Shown: positions 1-12,575 of the stretch, in pieces
Layout of the letters: the number at the start of each line of letters is the position of its first letter
How positions within the stretch are numbered: position 1 is the first letter of the stretch
Origin: Octopus vulgaris
Taxonomy: Eukaryota
Reading direction: 5' to 3'
Length of the DNA: 64,000 bases
Assembly (NCBI GenBank): GCA_951406725.2
Contig: OX597815.1
Location: 116,870,001 to 116,934,000, forward strand
The notes under the pieces: model-generated
Told to the model about the DNA's origin: nothing
Database searches by the model: none
The model's input: the letters and a program-made list of their open reading frames with translations, nothing else
Made by a program: the position numbers and the translations under genes

Positions 1-495
1 TCTTAGGGAAACATACCCATGCATAAACTTTTTTTTCTTTTTTTGATAGGCTGAATGTTTAATATTCAGGTCTTCTTTGATGTATTTTAGTCCAGCTGTT
101 TGGGGTTTATATGGGAGGTTGACAGGAAGAGATTACTTCCTGAGGAGCTCACTATCAACATGTAAGATGTTCTCTTCACTTTTCAGCTCTAAGTTTATGC
201 ATTTATTTTTCCTGCTATTGTTTAGCAGATCCTATAAGAGATACTATATGACATTTGAGGGCTATTTGCACTGATCTAAAGCATTTACTTCCTTTATCTC
301 TTCTTTGGTGGATCCTGTCTATATCACTGTGTCTATGGAAGTTTCCAGTTGATGTTAAGATCTTGTGGCTTTTAGTGTTTATGGAGTGGATTTCCTCTAT
401 AGAAAGTCAAGCGTTCCAAATGTTGGAATCAGAACTGGTATTGCAAATGAATTGTGGAATATGTCTTCTTGTAAGAGGAGTGTTGTAGCTATGAA
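1..495 (-). mobile_element. Degenerate R4/Dong-like non-LTR retrotransposon fragment (post-RT region)
   Basis: Minus strand, with a frameshift, reads NSFAIPVLIPTFGTLD.SIEEIHSINTKSHKILTSTGNFHRHSDIDRI..., resembling the IPVL.YSFG..DW...RKIL...HP.SD.DRLY block of this LINE group. Confidence 0.65.
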
Positions 496-1338
496 TATGC
501 TATCTTACATAATTAAATACCATATAATTAAATACTATGAACATAACATAATTCTACATACAGCAAGATGTAATACTCCTGTAACATGCCATAAAACACA
601 ATTTTTGAGTTGTAAATGACTTTTCTGAAACAGTCCAATTATTTTGAAATCTGGTTAACAGAGCTGGCAATTATGAATTATACCCAAAAATGTTGAATAT
701 TCTTCCATAATTACAAGATTAAATATTAGGGTTATATTTTAATATTATAAACAATATAATATATACATATGCTTGGAACAGGTGTGGCTCAGTTCCCACT
801 TGTTTCAAAGTCAGCAAGATGCTCTTTCTGCTGACTTCCACAACCAAACCAATGAACAGCTGTCTTCCTCTACTTTCCTGCCATTCTCAGATATATCAGC
901 ATCTTCCACACAAACTGCACCAAGAAACCCCCTAAAGCCAACCTCATTATGTATATATATATATGTATGTATGTAATATTTTACATTATATATATATATA
1001 TACTTTCTAGGCCATAAATGTGTTCTACTCTTTATTTTATGTTTGTCTAAGTCTCCCATTCAGCTGAAGTTAGATGAAACAGTTGCTGTACTGAAGATGC
1101 CTTCTCTTAGACAATTAGACTATCTTTTCTTTTAGGGCATGTCAGTTTTGTATGATTGATTCTTCAGATTACCTCCCCTTCTAATCTGGCGTTGCTCCTC
1201 ATTACCAATTAGCAATTGTTCTGTCATCTTAGGAAGCATAGAAAATTTCAGTAAATCAAGAACATAAATTGTATGATATTTAATATGCCATCATTTGTTT
1301 ATGTACCACTTGCTACTCTCAGATATTTACCTTAGCTC

Positions 1339-1394
<56 letters not shown>

Positions 1395-1591
1395 TGTTTC
1401 AGTCACTTGATTGCAGCCATGCTGAAGTACCACTTTGAAGGAGTTTAATTGAACAAATCAACTCCAGTACATAGTTTTTTTAAAGTTTAGTACATACTCT
1501 AATGTTTTCTTTTGCCAGACTACAAAGTTATGGAGTTGTAAACAAACTAACACCAGTCGTCAAGTAAGGCAGGGGGAATATTAACAGAAAG

Positions 1592-1628
<37 letters not shown>

Positions 1629-1851
1629 CATATATGTATATAATTCAAATAGAGGTTATATTGGCCTCATGAAGGGATGGTATCATCCAAGGAAATACTG
1701 GTTCAATACCTAATATATTTGGTGGCAGTTTAATATCCATAAAATAATAGGTTTATATATAAACGATGGTTTATAGTCATGCAAATGAATAAGAAAATGG
1801 AGATATTGAAGTTAATAAGAGTTTATTATCAGCAAAAAAAGCGATCATTAT

Positions 1852-1931
1852 CTCTTACAGCTGTTTCAATTAAGCACAGTGAAATTTTAAAATATTAAAA
1901 TCATATATTTGAGATTAATCTCTTCAGAGAG
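1852..1931 (-). ncRNA. Minimal type I hammerhead ribozyme (Penelope-type)
   Basis: Reverse complement: ctct CTGAAGA gattaa...ttaatt GAAA cagctg TA agag. Stem I ctct/agag, stem II gattaa/ttaatt, palindromic stem III. Confidence 0.75.
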
Positions 1932-2479
1932 GGAAAGAATAAACCCTTAGAAATACTATGTGTTACTTGTTTGAATCATCACAGCAGACTGAATTTAAAG
2001 GATATTTGACATTTTACAACTGTATATGGCTTGCTTTTTGGTTCAGTTCCATTGCATGACACCTTCTACTGAAGCCCTAGGCTGACCTGTGAGTGAGTTT
2101 GATAGACTAAAACTGTGTGGAAGCTCACTGTTTCATGCTAGTATGAAACGGACATTTTTTTGTCTATGAAATTCACTCTTAGGTTACCCTAGAGCTATAT
2201 TAGAAGATATTAGCCCAAGGCACCATGCAATGGAACTGAACCTGGTATACCATATATGGTTGTAAAATGTTGTCAAATATCCTTTAAATTCAACTATTTT
2301 CAACAATCACTTACCTAAACACCACATAAGGACTTGTGTGTGTGTGTGTGTGTGTGTGTGAATACATAATTGATACATATAGATCAATTACAATTATATA
2401 AAAATAATTTTATAAAGAAAATGTTATATCAACATTATCATCAACATTTTTCTGTTTTTCTAGACTTGCACAAAACACA

Positions 2480-3700
2480 CACACATACATGTAAATGTGA
2501 ACATCATATGTGCATGTGTACATCTTCATCATTATTTTATGTCTATTTCTCCATGTTTGCATGAGTTAGGTGGGTCTTGTCCAACTCAGTGTCTCACTAC
2601 TTGTTACAGTCTATTGCTATTTTCATGAGTTCTGGCATCCTAAGACCAGCTTTCAACACTTCTTCATTTTACCCAAATTCCTTTCTCATAAATTACTTGG
2701 TAATTCTTTACCAAACTCTCAACTTCCTACTATCACAGCCGTTTTTCTTACATATTACATCTGATTCCATTAATACCCAATATTTTTTTCTCTCGTCTCA
2801 TTTGTGTTCTTTCATTTGTACACACTAACATTAAATATCTTGTAGAGTATATTCATCTAATATTTTTTTCCTACCTTCATACATCCTCTGTCTTTAATGC
2901 CATTGTTTTTCCTTCTCTGAAACAATGCACTTCATACATAAACATCAAACCCTTCTCTCAGAGAGAAAATTTATTGCTTACCAACAGAAGTAATGGCTCT
3001 TTAATTTTTTTATATTCCATTCTTATCCTGGCTATTATGCTTTCTGAACACCCACCTCCACTTCTTATTAGGTCACTGAGATAAAGAAACTATCAACTAC
3101 TTCTACAGAGCCTTGTGAGCATTTGAAAGAAGTTGTTTCTTGAGTGCCTTTACAGCTTAGTACTCCTGTATATTTGTCACATAGAAAATCTTCCTTCTCT
3201 GTCAGCCTGTCTTTGATTGTACTGCAAGTGCTGTGCACATTGAGTACACTATATAGAACTCTTTTTTTCTGGATATCAAGCATGGCTGTTTCCTAGATGC
3301 ACTCTCAATTCTAGGATTTGCTTCCACTTCTGGAATTTCTTCTCTAATTTTTCAATAGATTCAACTATGAGAACCAGGTTATCAGTTCTTTTAAGTTCCT
3401 TGTGAATTATAACAAACAAGAAGGGTTTGAGAACCAAGCCTTGATGAATACTTTCTTGTACATTAAATTCTATGCTGAACTCATTGCCAACCCTCAACAT
3501 GTTGACAGCATCTCTGTATATGGCTTGCATGGTTCTTATAAACCCTTTTATTTACACTCAGTGTTCATAGCAACAAAATCCTAGATATAATGATCTGCTT
3601 TTAACTAAGAATTTGTCTTGTAATTATCTCACCTGGATGGGAACATCAGTAGTATCCTTTCCTGGCACAAATCCCAAACTAAATCTTTTCCTGATGGTTT
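2480..3700 (-). mobile_element. Decayed RTE-clade LINE (RT region)
   Basis: ORFs 3276-3530 (RVGNEFSIEFNVQESIHQGLVLKPFLF...DNLVLI) and 3068-3283 carry RT motifs; the same family occurs at 34.6 and 41.7 kb. Confidence 0.75.
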
Positions 3701-3714
3701 ATATACACATTTAT

Positions 3715-3768
<54 letters not shown>

Positions 3769-5048
3769 ACATACACACATCATCATCACCATCATCATTT
3801 TACATTCGTTTTTCAAGCTAGCATGAGTTGGAAGGGTCATAACTGTTCTCCTGAGAAGTTTGGAGGACAACATCTCAGTCATAGTTTTAATTTTGGGGCT
3901 TGGGTTCTATAACTAGATGTCCTTCCTAACATCAACTACTTTTCAAAATGCACTAGGTTTATCGTCTGATGAACATTATTTTATTTAGCTTATTGAAGCA
4001 CACCAAACCATGTTAATAAGCAAAAACAATGATGAAAAGATTAAAGGCAATATTGATTTAGGTAAAATTACAAAAATTATTATACCAAGGTCTAATGTTT
4101 GTATGGTTACTACCATACTTGATGGTATAAAAGACTCAAAGGTATATTGGAAATAACTAAATTTCAACAGAGCATATTTAGGGGTAAAATGGTAATTAGT
4201 ACATTAAAGCTTAAACCCAACATCATATATATCACCAAGATGATTTTTGAGACTTTTTTATGAAAAAAGATTGTCTTATATGTCATCAAATACAGTAATT
4301 TCTGTTAATATCTTTGTAGCCCTTAAGAAAATTGGCAATATGTTATTCTCCTGATGTGGTTAAATCATCCCAAAGTGAAAATGAAAACAATTAAAATAGT
4401 TTTTCGTATTCTTTTACATTTCAATGTTCCTAAGTTACATAATGGTAGTTTTTGACCCATACAGAAAATCATGTTACCATTTGGTGCTACTTCGCAAAAT
4501 ACACTGAATTGGCTTGAAAAACAATTAAATGATATTTTAGCACTTTTGTTACTATACTCCTGTTGATATCAATAAATTTTGAAAATAAGGAAGAATTTAG
4601 TAAAATAAAATTGTCATTATTAAGCTGGCATCAGGAACTTAAATCAACACAGAATTTAGATGATTTTAAAACAGGAATTTGTATCATAGAACAAGGGTCA
4701 GTCTCTGGCAGGTTAGTATTAAAAGGCTTACTTTTGAATTAATTCATTTGCTATCTTCTCTACAAAATATATTTATATTTCCAGTGATGATTATATGCAT
4801 TTAGTTTGATCTTCAGCTTTGTTTACAAAAGTTCTAGCAATGCTAAAAAAATATTCAGGCCAAAAGTTTAAATTGTGCATGGCTGTTGTCTCAATCAATA
4901 CTATTGTATTGTCATGTTTTGATAAAAGACTTCTGTATATAAAGCAGTGTAAATGCTGTATGAGATATCCCTAAGACAATTGTATTAATAAAAGAAACAG
5001 AAATTGTATTTACAAAAGAAGCAAACTTCTCCTCTTTGTGGATTCTAA

Positions 5049-5375
5049 CAGGGTTGGATTAAGACCCACGGAAGCTCTAAGCACTTAAAAGATTTTGATA
5101 CCCCTATATATATGTAATTCAAAAATAATAAACCATAAAATGAATTTTTGTTTTTTAAAATGAAACAAAACTGATAGTAAAATAGAAAATAATGTTTATT
5201 TTTGTATACTTCCACTTTATTTATATTCAAAAAGTTTTCACTTATTTTTTTTTTAATAGCAAAGTCTTTGATCAGATCCTCAAAACTAATTTTAAGTAAC
5301 ACATCTACTTCTATACTTAGTAGAGATAAGGTATCCCCAATATTATTTTAGCAAGTTTAAAGTAATTTCTTTTGT
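5049..5375 (-). mobile_element. hAT transposon end with C-terminal dimerization-domain remnant
   Basis: Minus strand reads DTLSLLSIEVDVLLKISFEDLIKDFAIKKK; terminal CAGGG..GGATTAAGACC-like sequence at 5049. Confidence 0.65.
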
Positions 5376-8318
5376 GCTGTAAACATTTACTATATCTGTG
5401 ATGCCACCCACTCCACTTCCTTTGCTGCCCAAAGCACGTGCTTATTTTGCTTAATGGTTAATCTAGTGCTGGATTCCAATGACTGAGGTTAAGTCCTCCT
5501 GATTTTTCAACATCACGGAGGACACTACATATACTTTTGAGATTAACTGGTTAATATATTTTCACATATGTACCAGAGCTATGGGAAATACCAGATTTGA
5601 TGGTGTAAAAGATGTACCTCAATTCCAGTAGTGCATATCTGGGGGAAAAAATTAGTACATTAAAGCTTACAGGAGCCCAGTTTCAAATATAGGACCCAGG
5701 GTGGTTTTCTGAAGCACATTTTTTTAAAAAATGAAGAAGTGCACTTTATATGCAATCAGATACAGTAACAATGCATTTAGTTTTTTTCAGTCTCTTCCTA
5801 CCTAGGTTGAGGCAGAGTAGAGTTCAGGCTGCAGTAGCACATATATGTTTGTGTTGAGTTCCCTGGATTTGTAAACAATGAAGGCACTCTTTTGTTTATT
5901 TTTGAAAAGTGGAAAAAATTGGTTTGGCATGAAGAGGAAAAGTCTAAAATTTCAGGCAGTAACCTTCATTAAAGAAATATTTTCTGATAGTACTCAAAGA
6001 ATAGATTGGGAATAGTAAGAGAAAGTGAGAGGGAGAGAAAGAGAGTGAGAGAGAGAATAAGGTAGAATGAAGGAAAGAGAGAAGAGAAAATAGTGAAGAA
6101 TAAAGATATAGGAAGTGACAATGTGAAACATGTGTTGGTAGGGGGAGGGCAGTCAAATTAAGGAGATAGTCAACAGGAATGTTAGCAAATTTGATAAATT
6201 AGGAGAAGAGTGATGGGTATGGAAATCAGAAGAAGGGAAGACAACTAGGAGATAATAAAGAATGCTTACTAGATTGAAAAAGAAGCAGGAAGGGAGGTGA
6301 AGAGAATCAAAAATATATCTAATGGAATCTGCCAAACTGCAAACATATTAAAGTATTGTTTGCTGCATTGCTATTATTAAGATCTGGGAAGACAGTGAGC
6401 TAGCAGAATTGTTAGCATACCGAGCAGAATGCTTAGTAGTATTTTGTCTATTTTCACATTCTGAGTTCAAATTTCACTGAGGTTAATTTTGTCTTTCATC
6501 CTTTTGAGGTTGATTAAATAAGTACCAGTGGAGTACTAGGGTCAATGTAATCAACTAGCACCTCTCCCAAACTTGCTGGCCTTGTGCAAAAATTTGAAAC
6601 CATTATTAATATCATGGAAAAATCCAGAAATAAGCTCTTGACATTACATTCTAAGTCTTTTTGCTCAGTACTAAATTACTGTACATTTCCTTTTTCTTTC
6701 TTTCTTTTTTCCCCCTTTTCCTTTTGTAAAATATATTCCTTTTCACTGTAACAAACAGAATGTATTTTGACAAGAAAATCTGCCAACAAGATTCACCGAC
6801 AAGACTTTGATTTATTTGTTACAATCTGTTCAAGCTGTTTTTTAAGATCCCTACATCCAATGGAACACCACTGGAGGAGAGGGGTAACAAGAATTATGTG
6901 TTCTTCGGTCTCTCGTAGAAGAGTTGTGTATCATACCCTCAGAATATGATACCATACTTGATCACATAAAAGGTGCATGGGCATATTAGATGCACTCTAA
7001 TTACAGCAGTGTAAATTCAAGAGATAAAGTTTTTAGTGCATTAAATTAAGTAATATAGGCCCAACTTTGCATATAGGATCCAGGGTGATTTTTCGAGACA
7101 CTTTCGTGGGGGAAAAGAACATTTTATATGCCATGAAATTCAGTTCTAATTTACCTTTTGACATTCCAATTATTCTGTCAAATACAATATTTTAACTTAT
7201 AGTCAGATATTAAGTAATAGAATATTATTTCCTTACCATTTGTGATACCATTTTTGCATAAATAAACAAAGCAGTTGTTGATAATTTTATATCTTTCAGC
7301 ATTAATACAACCAGCATCACCATTGTCATTATCATTCATCATCATTATGGATTGCATCAATATAAGACCCAGAGTGATTTTTTGAGACACTTTTGTGGGG
7401 AAAAAGTACATTTTATATGCCATCAAATTCAGTTCTAGTTAACCTTTTGACATTCCAATTATTCTGTCAAATGCAATGCTTATTTACTCACATTGTTTTG
7501 AATTAATTATGTATAGCTTCAAGATTTCGATAATGTAATTGTATATTTTTAGAATTATATTGTAGAGTAAGAGTGAGAGGCCAGATCTGAACAGTTTTAA
7601 TATAAACCAGGTAGAATATTTATGAATACTAAAGGGTTTTAATATGTTACAGGTAATGATGTTTTAGATGTGAAATCTGTGAGCAACAAACATATCAGTA
7701 ACATACTAGACTTGTTTTGACTGATTGTATCAATCTTCTATGAAAAAAATCAATACTTACGTTCACCATCATCATTTATCGTCTGCATTCCATGCTGGCA
7801 TGGGTTGAATGGTTTGAAAGTAGCCAGTAAGGTCAGGGGCTGCACCAGACTCCATTGTCTTTTCTGGTGTGGTTCTGTGGCTGGATGCCCTTCTTAATGC
7901 CAACTGTATTACATATGTTGATGCTCAATGCTTAGTACATCTTCCTTTTCTCCTTTAAAATTTGGAATTTCTTCTCTCTCTCTCTCTCTCACTCTAGCTC
8001 CCTCTCTCTCTCTCTCTCTCTCACTCTCTTTCTCATTCTTCCTTCCCCTTTCTCTCTTTCACTTTTTATCTCTTAATAATTGCTTCTTATATTGACACAA
8101 GTCCATCAATTTTGGGGGAGAAGGGGTTAGTCAGTTACAATGACTCCAGTACTTGACTGGTACTTTATTTTATCAACCCTGAAAGGATGAAAGGTAAAGT
8201 TAACTTTGGCGGGATTTGAGCTCAGAATGTAGAGTACTGTAACTAAACACCACAAGACATTTAGTTTGACCCTCTAACATTTCTTCCAATCCTCCATTCT
8301 TCTCTCTATCTATATCTG

Positions 8319-8375
<57 letters not shown>

Positions 8376-8873
8376 TTCTCTCATTCTCTCTCTCTCTTAA
8401 TAATTCTTTCTTATATTGGTAAAATTGCAGTAGTTTCTAAAGGGAATGTAATAAGATATCACTTAGATTCTGGAAGAACTATTTTAACCAATTGCAGTGG
8501 AATTGTATTAGTGACCAGGTATCAATGGTACAACGAGCATTTTGATACCTCAAGAAATGAATAAAAAGTGAATTTAACAAGTTTTGTGTGTTTTTAGATG
8601 TTTAGAATGGCTCTTCCACTCTGTAATTTCTTCAGTTTCAGCATACTGTCTCAGACCAAGTCATTTGCCTGACAAGAACTACTCCAAAGGATAAGATAAA
8701 TGTTTTTAAATGCTTGATGAGAAAATAAAATTAGTTTATCTAGAGGATTACAACAAGATCTGCTTCCATAAATGAAGCTAAACAACATAACTTCTTTTAC
8801 AAAGGAGATTTGTATAATTTTGTTTTTGTATTTGGTTTTTCAAGATGCTTCATCTGAACTCATGTGTTGGGAT

Positions 8874-9259
8874 ATATTTTGTTGTGCCTTGGTAGGGTCA
8901 TTATGCCAATAATAAACACAGTTACTGATTCTATTGCACTTCTTTATTTTTTTATTTGTCAGTTTATCCAATTAACTAATCAATTGCTTGATTAATCATT
9001 CAGTCAATTAATCAATCAGTTTAGTTTGTCAAAGTCCTTTTGTTGACATTCACAACCTCATTAATGACAGAGATGGAATCAGGAAGGTATGCGTCATGAA
9101 TGGCACTAAAAAAACTTCGATAAACTTGATTGATTGAGCAAATAATTAATCAAGAAATTGATTAGTCAATTGGTTAAATAGTTAACATATAAAAAAGTAC
9201 AATCGAACTAGTGCATGTGTTTATTATTGTCATAATAACCCTCCCTAGATACAAAATAT
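8874..9259. repeat. Long imperfect inverted repeat (arms ~8874-9034 and ~9114-9259)
   Basis: The right arm reverse-complements to atattttgtatctagggagggttattatgacaataataaacac..., which matches the left arm. Confidence 0.8.
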
Positions 9260-9834
9260 TTGTGTAATATTTATAAATACAGTTTTGTTTACTCCTAGAA
9301 ATTTCCACCATATTATTACATTAACTTACTTTTGAAACGTTGCTTAAATTGACAGTGTTATTTTTAAATATTCTTCAACATTAAATCTTTCATCTTGTTT
9401 CCGATGATTTACAACAACTTTGCATTATTTCCAAACTAAACAACTGTAATTGTAATTGTCTCGTTTTTTATTTTTATTTTTATCAGTATTTTCTAAAATA
9501 TATCAGAAATTTTGTTAAAAAAACCTACAAAACAACTGAGCTTGTGTTTTTGCTTGAATTCTTTTCAAAATTATTTAGCTAACATTGTCTGCCAATAATT
9601 TCATACTCTAACATACTGCTTCATACCAACAAAAATATCACCACTGTGATTCTGTTTTGATTGAGTGATCTCTTTCAGCTAACTCCCAGAACTTTACCCA
9701 GTATTAGTTTACAACATACATGTGGAAAAGATGTACCATGGTTCTTTTCATTGGCCATTATGTCTTTATAAACAATCTCAATCTTCAAAAGAAATTTTAA
9801 GTGTTTCTCTTTTACACAGTAAATTATTATTTTT

Positions 9835-10026
9835 TCACTTATACTTGTTTCAGTCATTTGACTGTGGCCATGCTGTAGCACCACCTTTTAGTTGAGCAAA
9901 TCGACCCCAGGCCTTATTCTTTGTAAGCCTAGTACTTATTCTGTTGGTCTCTTTTTGCCGAACCGCTAAGTTACAGGGACGTAAACACACCAGCATCGCA
10001 TATCAAGCAATGTTGCGGGGTGAGGA

Positions 10027-10085
<59 letters not shown>

Positions 10086-10278
10086 ACGTGCGCGCACACA
10101 CACGCATACATATATACGACAGGCTTCTTTCAGTTTCCGTCTACCAAATTCACTCACAAGGCTTTGGTCAACCCGAGGCTATAGTAGAAGGCGCTTGCCC
10201 AAGGTGTCAGGCAGTGGGGCTGAACCTGGAACCATGTGGTTGGTAAGCAAGCTACTTACCACACAGCCACTCCTGTGC
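9835..10278 (-). mobile_element. tRNA-derived SINE family A with internal (CA)n
   Basis: Head gtggctgtgtggtaagtagcttgc...ggttcag.cccactgc; many copies in window (10320-10685 +, 13350-13733 +, 36470-36885 -, 43015-43395 -, 44635-45320 +, 46470-46790 +). Confidence 0.85.
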
Positions 10279-10319
10279 CTATCCACACAGTCACTCCTTT
10301 ATTGAAATATTTGATATAT

Positions 10320-10685
10320 AGGTGCAAGAGTGACTTTGTGGTAAGTAGCTTGCTTATCAACCACATGGTTCTTGGTTCAAGCCCACTGCATGGCACCTTA
10401 GACAAGTGTCTTTTACTAGACAGAAACTGAAAGAAACCTGTTGTGTGTGTGTGTGTGTGCATGTGTGTGTGTGTGTTTGTGCATCTGTGTCTGTCCCCCC
10501 ACCATTGCTTTACAACCAATGCCACTGTGTTTACATCCCCATAACTTAGCAGTTCAGCAAAAGAGAGACTAATAGAATAAGTACTAGGCTTACAAAGAGT
10601 AAATCCTGGGGTCGATTTGATCGACTGAAGGCTGTGCTCCAGTATGGCTACAGTCAAATGACTGAAACAAATACAATGATAAAAG
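10320..10685 (+). mobile_element. SINE family A copy, head-to-head with the previous copy
   Basis: Same head, body and tail (cagtcaaatgactgaaacaa) in the opposite orientation. Confidence 0.85.
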
Positions 10686-12232
10686 AATATGTTATTCATT
10701 TGTTTCTTTTTTACTTCCATTTCTCCATGCTAGTATGGGCTGGATGAAGACGCATTGCAGCAGTATTTTATAGCTGGATGCTCATACTGTCCCCAAACCT
10801 TATCCATTTTGCTAGTGAGGTATTTTTTTCTATTCCACTGATCTTCACAAGTTGAAAGCACAGAACCACAGAACATATCGTTTACAGAGAATGTAAATAA
10901 TATAACACCATTTTGTTCAGAGTCATGCGAAGACATGCAGAATGTAAACATTCACACATGTATACACACACACACTCATACATGTACCTTTATACACATG
11001 CATACACATACACACACACACACACATGTATGTATGTATGTATGTATGTATGTATGTATGTATGTATGTATGTATGTATGTATGTATGTATGTATGTATG
11101 TATGCATGTATGTATGTATGTATATACAAACAAGAGACTTCACCAAGGTACCACAGAGTGGGATAGAACTAAAAAACCATTTGGTAATAAAGTATACCCT
11201 GTATCCACACAGCCACACCTATATATTATTAGAATATTAGAATAGAATAATATTTTAACTTATATTCAGATATTAAGTAATAGAATATTATTTCCTTACC
11301 ATTTGTGATACCATTTTTACATAAATAAACAAAGCAGTTGTAGACAATTTTATGTCTTTCAGCATTATTACAACCAGCATCACCATTGTCATCATCATCA
11401 TCATTATTATAGATTGCATCAAATTTTGAGAATATCGTTCTTTATTTGATATAAGCATTTTATTTATTTCTCTTTGTTTTATTTTGTTTTTTTGCTTTTT
11501 TGCAAACCTCTGATAATATGAAATCATTTATACCATAAATTTTGTTTTAACGCATCAAGGTAACTTAGAGGAATGTTTATCCTCCTCCTCCTCCTCTTCA
11601 CCATCATCATCATCATCATCATTTAACGTCCATTGTCCATGCTGACGTGGGTTGGACAGTCTGACCAGAGCTGGCAAGCTAGGGAGCTGCACTATACACC
11701 AGTCTGATTTGGCATGGTTTCTACAACTAGATGCCTTTCCTAATTCCAACCACTTTACAGAGTGTGCTGGGTGCTTTAACTGGCACCAGCATAGGTGCCT
11801 TAATTGGCACCTCACAGGTGCTTTTACATGGCACTGCACGGGCACTTTTATGTGGCACCGTATGGGCGCTTTTACATGGAATCATCATGAATGCTTTACA
11901 CTACCAGCAGGATTGGTCTTAACACTTCTCTTGTGGGGCACGGGTCTTCTTGAGTACGGCCAGTCACCAGGTGTCACGATCTTTTGTTATCTCACCACAA
12001 GGGTTCAATTTCTTGAGGTTGTTTTTTAGTACTTCATCCCATATCATAGTTATTTATATCATTTTTGAGAGGTACCCATTTTTTTAGAAATTTAAACACA
12101 ACAAACTAGATCCACTCAAACAAAGTTGTCTCTACATGGTCACTCAATCTACCAGAAATATTAGCCTAATCTCCCTCAAATTGTACCCATTATCTTAAAT
12201 GAGGAAAAGATGCATCAGATAATACAGTTATA

Positions 12233-12575
12233 GGAGGAGACCCCCTTCGGTCATGAATGACCATGGGATTGCACCTAGAAAGTTACCCTCCGAGGCACAA
12301 GTCAGAGTAAGATTGTTTGTGGAAGGCTAGCAGTCACCCATGCATACCAGTCTCCCCTCTCCACACCACTGATGTTATCCAAGAGAAAAGCAAAGGCTGA
12401 TACAGCTTGGCACCAGTGACATCGTTGCAACTCATTTCTGCAGCTGAGTTAACTGGAGCAACATGAAATAAAGTGTCTTGCACAAGAACACAACACACAG
12501 CCCAGTCCAGGAATCAAACTCACAACCTCACGATCGTAAGCTCTTTGTTCTAACCACTGAGCCATGCGCCTTCAC
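12233..12575 (-). mobile_element. tRNA-derived SINE (family C) with 12-bp TSD
   Basis: Pol III A/B-box-like head (ggcgcatggctcagtggttagaac...gagtttgattcc); flanked by aatacagttata / aatgcagttata. Confidence 0.75.

Noticed and set aside
6767-6949. 60-aa ORF in apparently unique sequence
   Set aside because: No recognisable domain and no compatible splice signals.
8462-8565. LDSG... frame resembling an Ig C-half
   Set aside because: No YxC motif, no compatible splice sites, and it ends in a stop.
10913-11245. ORFs with HT/CV/YI/MYVC or poly-I/N/Y runs (also ~19.7, 24.3, 31.0, 42.4 and 56.3 kb)
   Set aside because: Translations of microsatellites, not genes.
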